Both the position numbers and the translations under genes were made by a program. Shown in pieces: positions 25,757 to 32,000 of a DNA stretch of 32,000 nucleotides; the stretch's first letter is position 1, and each line of letters starts with the position of its first letter. The notes below the pieces were generated by a model that searched no databases, was not told the DNA's origin, and saw only the letters and a list, made by a program, of their open reading frames with translations. Origin of the DNA: Rhodobacter capsulatus SB 1003 (GTDB taxonomy: Bacteria; Pseudomonadota; Alphaproteobacteria; Rhodobacterales; Rhodobacteraceae); NCBI RefSeq assembly GCF_000021865.1, contig NC_014034.1, positions 1,950,001-1,982,000 on the forward strand, written 5' to 3'.

Positions 25757-26821
25757 TCAGGCGGTTTTCGGCGCAAGCGAGCCGCTGGCATAGCGTTTCG
25801 CCATGTCATCCATCGGGATGACCTTGATTTTCGACGCATGGCCCGCGGTGCCGAAGGCCTCGAGACGCGCCTTGCACAGATCGCGCATCGCATCCATCGC
25901 GGGCTTCAGGAATTTGCGCGGGTCGAATTCGGCCTTGTTCTGCTCGGCGATGCGGCGGAACTGCCCGGTCATCGCCATGCGGCAGTCGGTGTCGATATTG
26001 ACCTTGCGCACGCCCATCTTGATGCCGCGCACGATTTCCTCGACCGGCACGCCGAAGGTTTGCGGCATCGCCCCGCCGAATTCGTTGATGATGTCCTGCA
26101 GATCCTGCGGCACCGAGGACGAGCCGTGCATGACAAGGTGGGTGTTCGGCAGTTTCTTGTGGATCGCCTCGATCACCGACATCGCCAGGATCTCGCCATC
26201 GGGCTTGCGGCTGAACTTGTAGGCGCCATGCGAGGTGCCGCAGGCGATCGCCAGCGCGTCGACTTGGGTTTTCTTCACGAAATCAACGGCCTGATCGGGG
26301 TCGGTGAGCAGCTGGCTGTGATCCAGAACGCCTTCGGCGCCGTGGCCATCCTCGGCCTCGCCTTGCCCGGTTTCGAGCGAACCCAGAACGCCCAGCTCGC
26401 CCTCGACCGAGGCGCCGACCCAATGCGCCATGCGCGAGACGCGCTCGGTGATGTCGACGTTGTACTCGTAGCTGGCCGGGGTCTTGGCGTCGCCCTCGAG
26501 CGAGCCGTCCATCATCACCGAGGTGAAGCCGTGACGGATCGCGGTCATGCAGGTGGCTTCGTTGTTGCCGTGGTCCTGGTGCATGCAGAGCGGAATATCC
26601 GGATAGATCGCGGCCAAGGCCTCGATCATCTTCGCCAGCATGATGTCATTGGCATAGGACCGGGCGCCACGCGAGGCCTGGATGATGACCGGCGCATCGA
26701 CGGCCTTGGCGGCCTCCATGATGGCGAGGCCCTGTTCCATGTTGTTGATGTTGAAGGCGGGCACACCGTAGGAATATTCCGCAGCATGGTCCAACAGTTG
26801 CCGAAGGGTGATCAGTGCCAT
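25757..26821 (-). CDS. cbbA: Fructose/sedoheptulose-bisphosphate aldolase, class II (Calvin-cycle subtype)
   Basis: 354 aa. It begins [30 protein letters not shown]. The HQDHG and SVMMDGS motifs are present. Confidence 0.95.
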   Translation of the reverse strand: MALITLRQLLDHAAEYSYGVPAFNINNMEQGLAIMEAAKAVDAPVIIQASRGARSYANDIMLAKMIEALAAIYPDIPLCMHQDHGNNEATCMTAIRHGFTSVMMDGSLEGDAKTPASYEYNVDITERVSRMAHWVGASVEGELGVLGSLETGQGEAEDGHGAEGVLDHSQLLTDPDQAVDFVKKTQVDALAIACGTSHGAYKFSRKPDGEILAMSVIEAIHKKLPNTHLVMHGSSSVPQDLQDIINEFGGAMPQTFGVPVEEIVRGIKMGVRKVNIDTDCRMAMTGQFRRIAEQNKAEFDPRKFLKPAMDAMRDLCKARLEAFGTAGHASKIKVIPMDDMAKRYASGSLAPKTA

Positions 26822-26844
26822 TTTCTCAGTTCCTTGAGTTCGCG

Positions 26845-26891
26845 GCCTTTTTCTTGGCCGAAATACGCCGGGGGTCCGGGGGCAGCGCCCC
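26845..26891 (-). repeat. Copy of the intergenic repeat unit inside the cbb operon (cbbG-cbbA spacer)
   Basis: The minus (mRNA) strand reads GGGGCGCTGCCCCCGGACCCCCGGCGTATTTCGGCCAAGAAAAAGGC. It can fold as CGCCGGGG...CCCCGGCG. Confidence 0.7.
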
Positions 26892-26900
26892 GGCGTTTTC

Positions 26901-27905
26901 TCAGATCAGCTTGCCCATCGCCACGGCGGTATCGGCCATGCGGTTCGAGAAGCCCCATTCATTGTCATACCACGACAGGATGCGGACCATCCGGCCCTCC
27001 ATCACCTTGGTCTGATCCATGTGGAAGACCGAGGAATGCGGATCGTGATTGAAGTCCGACGAGACGTTGGGCTGGTCGGTATAGCCCAGCACGCCTTTCA
27101 GCGGGCCATCGGCGGCGGCGCGGATCGCGGCGTTCACTTCCGCCACGCTGGTGTCACGGGCGGCTTCGAAGACCAGATCGACGACGGAGACGTTCGGGGT
27201 GGGAACCCGGATCGCGACGCCGTCGAGCTTGCCCTTGAGTTCGGGCAGCACCAGACCCACGGCCTTGGCAGCCCCGGTCGAGGTCGGGATCATGCTCAGC
27301 GCGGCGGCACGGGCGCGGTAGAGATCCTTGTGCATCGTGTCGAGCGTCGGCTGATCGCCGGTATAGCTGTGGATCGTCGTCATGAAGCCTTTCGTGATCC
27401 CGATCGCGTCATTCAGCGCTTTCGCAACGGGGCTCAGGCAGTTCGTGGTGCAGGAGGCGTTCGACACGACCAGGTCTTCGGCACTCAGCGTGGCGTGGTT
27501 CACGCCAAAAACGATCGTCTTGTCGGCATTGTCGCAGGGCGCCGAGACCAGGACGCGCTTCGAGCCATTTTGCAGATGGGCCGCGGCCTTCTCCTTGGTG
27601 GTGAAGATGCCGGTGCATTCCAGCGCGACATCGACATTGCCCCAGGGCAGCTCGGCCGGGTTGCGGATCGCGGTGACCTTGATCGGGCCGCGACCGACGT
27701 CGATCCAGTCCTCGCCGGTGGTCACGGTCGCCGGGAAGCGGCCGTGGACAGAATCGAAGCGCAGCAGATGGGCGTTGGTTTCCACCGGGCCAAGGTCGTT
27801 GATCGCGACGACTTCGATATCGGTGCGGCCCGACTCGACGATGGCACGCAGCACGTTGCGGCCGATGCGGCCAAAACCGTTGATGGCAACTTTGACGGTC
27901 ATCAT
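26901..27905 (-). CDS. cbbG: Glyceraldehyde-3-phosphate dehydrogenase
   Basis: It begins [17 protein letters not shown]. Either ATG, at 27905 or 27902, could be the start. The catalytic SNASCTTNC motif is present. Confidence 0.95.
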   Translation of the reverse strand: MMTVKVAINGFGRIGRNVLRAIVESGRTDIEVVAINDLGPVETNAHLLRFDSVHGRFPATVTTGEDWIDVGRGPIKVTAIRNPAELPWGNVDVALECTGIFTTKEKAAAHLQNGSKRVLVSAPCDNADKTIVFGVNHATLSAEDLVVSNASCTTNCLSPVAKALNDAIGITKGFMTTIHSYTGDQPTLDTMHKDLYRARAAALSMIPTSTGAAKAVGLVLPELKGKLDGVAIRVPTPNVSVVDLVFEAARDTSVAEVNAAIRAAADGPLKGVLGYTDQPNVSSDFNHDPHSSVFHMDQTKVMEGRMVRILSWYDNEWGFSNRMADTAVAMGKLI

Positions 27906-27910
27906 TTCCC

Positions 27911-29884
27911 TCAGATCAGGTTTTTTGCTTCAGAGACAAGCGCCTCTGCGGTGATGTTGAAGTGTTGATAAAGCTGCGGGGCAGGGGCCGAGGCACCAAA
28001 GCCGGTCATGCCGACAAAGGCATCGGTGGGCCCAAGCAGCATGCACCAGCCTTGCCGGATCGCCGCCTCGCAGCCCACCCGCGGCGCCGTGCCCAGAACC
28101 TTCGTCACATAATCGCGCGGTTGCGCCGCGAAAAGTTCAAAGCAGGGGGCAGAGACGACGGCGGCGCGGATCCCCTCTTTCGCCAGCTGATCGGCGGCGG
28201 CGAGCGCAATCTCGACCTCGGAGCCGGTGGCGATCAGCGTCACCTGCCGGTCCTCGGGACCGCGCAAGAGATAGGCGCCGCGCGCGGTCAGGTTCTCGGC
28301 CGTATGGGTGGTGCGCAGCGTCGGCAGGTTCTGCCGCGACAGCACCAGCAGGTTCGGCGTCGCCTTGGAGGTCATGGCGATTTCCCAGGCCTCGGCGGTC
28401 TCGACCGCATCGGCGGGGCGGATCACGTTCAGGTTCGGGATCGCCCGCAGCGAGGCCAGATGCTCGACCGGCTGGTGGGTCGGCCCGTCCTCGCCCAGAC
28501 CAATCGAGTCATGCGTCATCACATAGGTGACCGGAACCCCCATCAGCGCCGAGAGGCGAATGGACGGGCGGCAGTAATCGGCAAAGGCCATGAAGGTGCC
28601 GCCATAGGGGCGCAGGCCGCCATGCAGCGCTATGCCGTTCATCGCCGCCGCCATCCCGTGTTCGCGGATGCCGTAGTGAATATAGTTGCCCGCAAAGGCG
28701 CCCGGCTTCACCGAGACCATCCCCTTCGACCGGGTCAGGTTCGAGCCGGTCAGATCGGCCGAGCCGCCAACGGAGTGGGGCAGGGTGGCATTCACCACCT
28801 CGAGCGCCATCTCGCTGGCCTTGCGCGTCGCCACTTTCGGCTTGTCGGCGGAAAGACGCGCCTTATAGGCCGCGATGGCGGCGGGCAGGGCCGAGGTGTC
28901 GTCGGCCTCGGCCTTGATGAAGTCGGCGCGGGCCGCGTGGTTTTGCAACCGCGCCTCCCAGTTGGCCCGCGCCGAAGCCCCCCGTGCCGCAACCCGGCCC
29001 CAGGCCGCGGTGAGTTCGGAAGGGATCTCGAAAGGGGCATGCGGCCAGTCAAGGAAAGCCCGCGCGGCGGCGATTTCCTCGGCGCCCAAGGGCGCGCCGT
29101 GCACATCGTGGCCGCCCTGCTTGTTCGGCGCGCCAAAGCCGATCACCGTGCGGCAGGCGATCATCGAGGGGCGCGGGTCGGCCTTGGCGGCCTCGATCGC
29201 GGCGGCGATCTCATGGGGCGCATGACCGTCGCAGGATTGCACATGCCAGCCCGAGGCGGCAAAGCGCGCCTTCTGATCGGTCGAGGTCGAAAGATCGGTG
29301 TCGCCGTCGATGGTGATGCGGTTGTCATCCCAAAACACGATCAGACGGCCCAGCCCCAGATGCCCGGCCAGGTCGATCGCCTCGTGGCTGATGCCCTCCA
29401 TCAGGCAGCCGTCCCCGGCGATGACATAGGTGAAATGATCAACCAGATCATCGCCATAACGTGCGTTCTTCATGCGCTCGGCCAGCGCCATGCCGACCGC
29501 GGTCGCAATCCCCTGACCGAGCGGGCCGGTCGTCATCTCGATGCCGTCGGCATGGCCATATTCGGGATGGCCGGCGGTGCGGGCGCCAAGCTGGCGGAAG
29601 TTTTTCAGCTGCGCGATATCCATGTCGGCATAGCCGAGCAGATGGTGCAGCGCATAAAGCAGCATCGAGCCATGACCCGCGGACAGCACGAAGCGGTCAC
29701 GGTCGGGCCATTTCGGCGCCGCCGGGTCGATCTTCATGAAACGGTTGAAAAGAACGGTGGCGACATCGGCCATGCCCATCGGCATGCCGGGATGCCCGGA
29801 TTTCGCCTGTTCCACCGCATCCATCGCCAGCGCCCGGATGGCATTGGCCATCCGCGTTTCCTGCGCCATATCGAGATCCTTCAT
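27911..29884 (-). CDS. cbbT: Transketolase
   Basis: The start was reset to the ATG at 29884 ([37 protein letters not shown]), preceded by GGGAGGAGGAG, giving 657 aa. ThDP motif: [13 protein letters not shown]. Confidence 0.95.
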   Translation of the reverse strand: MKDLDMAQETRMANAIRALAMDAVEQAKSGHPGMPMGMADVATVLFNRFMKIDPAAPKWPDRDRFVLSAGHGSMLLYALHHLLGYADMDIAQLKNFRQLGARTAGHPEYGHADGIEMTTGPLGQGIATAVGMALAERMKNARYGDDLVDHFTYVIAGDGCLMEGISHEAIDLAGHLGLGRLIVFWDDNRITIDGDTDLSTSTDQKARFAASGWHVQSCDGHAPHEIAAAIEAAKADPRPSMIACRTVIGFGAPNKQGGHDVHGAPLGAEEIAAARAFLDWPHAPFEIPSELTAAWGRVAARGASARANWEARLQNHAARADFIKAEADDTSALPAAIAAYKARLSADKPKVATRKASEMALEVVNATLPHSVGGSADLTGSNLTRSKGMVSVKPGAFAGNYIHYGIREHGMAAAMNGIALHGGLRPYGGTFMAFADYCRPSIRLSALMGVPVTYVMTHDSIGLGEDGPTHQPVEHLASLRAIPNLNVIRPADAVETAEAWEIAMTSKATPNLLVLSRQNLPTLRTTHTAENLTARGAYLLRGPEDRQVTLIATGSEVEIALAAADQLAKEGIRAAVVSAPCFELFAAQPRDYVTKVLGTAPRVGCEAAIRQGWCMLLGPTDAFVGMTGFGASAPAPQLYQHFNITAEALVSEAKNLI

Positions 29885-29918
29885 GGCTCCTCCTCCCTGA
29901 TGAGCCTTTCGTCCGAGC

Positions 29919-29945
29919 GGCGGGCCCGGTGGGCCGGGCCTCGCC
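29919..29945 (-). other. cbbP-cbbT intercistronic GC hairpin
   Basis: GGCG-GGCCCGG, TGGG, CCGGGCC-t-CGCC (11 bp with one bulge), in the 83-nt spacer. Confidence 0.5.
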
Positions 29946-29967
29946 AATGTCTTGAAATCGTTCCGGT

Positions 29968-30846
29968 TCAGGCCCGCGCGCGACGGCCTTCGCGCACCAG
30001 ACGCTCGATCAGCGGCGTCAGGATCAGCTGCATCGCCAGATCCTGCTTGTTGCCCGGAATGACGATCGAGTTTGCCCGGCTCATCCACGACCCATGGATC
30101 ATCGAGGTCAGATAGGGGAAATCGATGCCGCGCGGGTTGCGGAAGCGGATCACGATCAGGCTTTCGTCCGGCGTCGGGATCCAGCGGGTGATGAACGGGT
30201 TCGACGTGTCGACAACCGGCACGCGCTGGAAGTTGATGTCGGTCTGCGAGAATTGCGGCACGATGCAGTGCACATAGGCATGCATGCGACGCAGGATCAC
30301 GTCGGTGACGGCCTCGGTCGTGTAGCCGCGCTGCGCCCGGTCACGGTGGATTTTCTGGATCCATTCAAGGTTGATCACCGGCACGACACCGATTTTCAGG
30401 TCGGCATGGGCAGCGATGTTGACCTGATCATTCGTCACGCAGCCATGCAGGCCCTCGTAGAAGAGCAGGTCGGTATCTTCCTCGAACGGCGCCCAGTCGG
30501 TGAAATGGCCCGGCTCGACCCCGTATTTCGCCGATTCATTGGCGTCGTGGACATAACGCCGGGTGCGGCCCTTGCCGGTTTCGCCATATTCGCGGAAGAC
30601 GCGTTCCAGATCCTCGAGCGCATTCGCTTCGTAGGAGAAATGCGAGAAGGTGGCATCGCCCGCGGCATAGCGGCGTTCCAGTTCCGCCTTCATGTCGGCG
30701 CGGTTGAACCGGTGGAAGGCGTCGCCCTCGATCGAGACGGCTTTCACCCCCTCGCGGCGGAAGATCTGGTCGAAGGTCGCCTTGACGGTCGAGGTGCCAG
30801 CCCCCGAGGAACCGACGACAGAGATGATGGGGTATTTTTTCGACAT
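29968..30846 (-). CDS. cbbP: Phosphoribulokinase
   Basis: The start was reset to the ATG at 30846 ([21 protein letters not shown], a P-loop), giving 292 aa. Confidence 0.95.
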   Translation of the reverse strand: MSKKYPIISVVGSSGAGTSTVKATFDQIFRREGVKAVSIEGDAFHRFNRADMKAELERRYAAGDATFSHFSYEANALEDLERVFREYGETGKGRTRRYVHDANESAKYGVEPGHFTDWAPFEEDTDLLFYEGLHGCVTNDQVNIAAHADLKIGVVPVINLEWIQKIHRDRAQRGYTTEAVTDVILRRMHAYVHCIVPQFSQTDINFQRVPVVDTSNPFITRWIPTPDESLIVIRFRNPRGIDFPYLTSMIHGSWMSRANSIVIPGNKQDLAMQLILTPLIERLVREGRRARA

Positions 30847-30850
30847 GGGA

Positions 30851-31846
30851 TCAGCTCCGGAAAAGACCGCGGGTGTTGAAGAGTGCCGAGGTCTCCTCCC
30901 CGGGCAGGTCGTGATAGGCGGTGACGCGGGCCACCTTGGCCGCGCAGCCGAAAACGAAGGGCGTGCGCGCATGCAGCTTGTCGGGCAGGGCGGAGAGGAT
31001 GTCCTCGCAGCCGTCGGTGGCGCCGCCGCCCACTTGCGTGATCAGAAAGGCGATCGGCGCACATTCATAGACATGGCGCAGACGGCCGCGGGCATAGCCC
31101 TTGCGTTCGTCGCCCGGATAGAGGAACACGCCGCCGCGCATCAGGATGCGGTGGGTTTCGGCAACGAGCGAGGCGATCCAGCGCATGTTGAAGTTGCGCC
31201 CGCGCGGCCCCTCGGCGCCCGCCACCAGATCGTCGATGAAGGCGCGGATCGGCGAGGGCCAATGCCGGTAGTTCGAGGCGTTGATCGCATATTCCGACGT
31301 GTCTTGCGGCAATGCCTTGATGTCGGGCAGGCGCTTGAAGCTGCGGCTGTCGAGATCAAGCACCCAGTGATGCACGCCGCGCCCGAAGCTGCACACCAGC
31401 GCGCATTGTGGCCCGTAGATGATATAGCCGCCCGCGATCTGTTCCGAGCCCTTGCGCAGGAAGCTGGTGTTCGGATCGTCGGTCGCCGGGAAGATCGAGA
31501 AGATCGTGCCGATCGACACGTTCACATCGATGTTCGAGGAGCCGTCGAGCGGATCGATGGCCAAGGCGAGCGTACCTTTGCCCAGCGTCACCACTTCGTC
31601 CTGTTCTTCGGAAGCATAATAAGCGACGGCGGTGCCCGTCAGCGCCTCGCGGAAGGCGTCGTCCGCCATCACGTCGAGCGCCTTTTGACCATCGCCCCCG
31701 GCATTGGTGCCGACGCCCGCCGCCAGGTCCGTTTCCACCCCGTTGCGGGCAATGGTGCGGGCCAGATCCGCCCCCACACGCGCCAGCCGGGTCATCACAT
31801 CCGCCAGTTCCGGGCTAAGCCCGAGACCTTCAAGCTCGATCGCCAT
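30851..31846 (-). CDS. cbbF: Fructose-1,6-/sedoheptulose-1,7-bisphosphatase, class 1
   Basis: The start was reset to the ATG at 31846 ([21 protein letters not shown]), preceded by GAGGAGGAGG, giving 331 aa. Motifs: [10 protein letters not shown] and [10 protein letters not shown]. Confidence 0.93.
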   Translation of the reverse strand: MAIELEGLGLSPELADVMTRLARVGADLARTIARNGVETDLAAGVGTNAGGDGQKALDVMADDAFREALTGTAVAYYASEEQDEVVTLGKGTLALAIDPLDGSSNIDVNVSIGTIFSIFPATDDPNTSFLRKGSEQIAGGYIIYGPQCALVCSFGRGVHHWVLDLDSRSFKRLPDIKALPQDTSEYAINASNYRHWPSPIRAFIDDLVAGAEGPRGRNFNMRWIASLVAETHRILMRGGVFLYPGDERKGYARGRLRHVYECAPIAFLITQVGGGATDGCEDILSALPDKLHARTPFVFGCAAKVARVTAYHDLPGEETSALFNTRGLFRS

Positions 31847-31938
31847 GGCCTCCTCCTCATTCGGTTGGCCGGACGTTGCGCCGAAAGCGGTTTCATGCAA
31901 ATTTGAAATTCGGCAACTCGCTTTCAGGAAAATTTAAT
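31847..31938. promoter_or_regulatory. cbbR-cbbF divergent control region with an AT-rich dyad (candidate CbbR operator)
   Basis: This 92-bp spacer is locally AT-rich. It contains TTTCA-N8-TGAAA at 31890-31907 and an overlapping GAAA-N13-TTTC at 31904-31924. The LysR-type arrangement is inferred from the divergent regulator. Confidence 0.5.
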
Positions 31939-32000
31939 ATGGTCCGGCTGGACGGGATCACGATGAAGCAACTGCGCGCGCTGAGGGCGGTTGCAAAATG
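31939..32000 (+). CDS. cbbR: LysR-family regulator, 5' end only (CbbR by position)
   Basis: The ATG at 31939 gives MVRLDGITMKQLRALRAVAK, a typical LTTR wHTH start. An alternative ATG is at 31963. The gene is divergent from cbbF and truncated by the window edge. Confidence 0.6.
   Translation, partial: MVRLDGITMKQLRALRAVAK

Noticed and set aside
24449-27052. 867-aa plus-strand ORF spanning the cbbM and cbbA loci
   Set aside because: It is antisense to two unambiguous, highly conserved enzymes. The translation is Arg/Gly/Ala/His-rich low-information sequence with no recognisable motifs. This is the classic stop-codon-poor antisense frame of high-GC DNA.
27962-30115. 717-aa plus-strand ORF opposite cbbT and cbbP
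   Set aside because: It has the same antisense high-GC artefact pattern. There is no domain signature, and it crosses the cbbP-cbbT spacer without regard to gene boundaries.

Overview
This window is a visibly high-GC alphaproteobacterial chromosome segment (GC not computed). From memory the protein sequences look Rhodobacter-like, close to R. capsulatus, but I cannot verify that here. Most of it is ordinary core genome.

Gene content, left to right:
- a beta-hydroxyacid dehydrogenase, ssb, a lytic transglycosylase, a SYLF lipoprotein, hemB, a small membrane protein and mfd;
- a minus-strand run of an MFS exporter, a DsbA/FrnE-like protein, an acyl-CoA ligase, a small acidic protein, a 38-aa entericidin-like lipoprotein missing from the ORF track, and an orphan YejA-like binding protein;
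- bdhA, a DUF502 protein, psuG-psuK and rpsB-tsf;
- a LuxR-family solo and a DUF442 protein.

The right third is a complete form II Calvin-cycle operon on the minus strand: cbbF-P-T-G-A-M-E, a thioredoxin-fold gene, then cbbZ-Y. A divergent cbbR starts at the window edge.

I found no rRNA, tRNA, CRISPR array, transposase, integrase, phage or recognisable defence genes. I cannot honestly point to a novel multi-gene system. The items worth a second look are:
- a short intergenic repeat family with 5-6 copies, one inside the cbb operon;
- a promoter, hairpin and intrinsic terminator unit upstream of bdhA, which is a candidate sRNA or attenuator;
- the thioredoxin-fold gene coupled to cbbZ in what looks like a RubisCO damage-control sub-cluster;
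- the LuxR solo, which has substitutions at AHL-contact positions;
- the entericidin-like mini-gene coupled to the orphan binding protein;
- a structured, lower-GC convergent spacer after tsf.

Many long ORFs in the track are antisense high-GC artefacts or carry spurious N-terminal extensions. Some of their 'M' starts are TTG. I re-derived starts from in-frame ATGs, SD-like sequences and family-typical N-termini.
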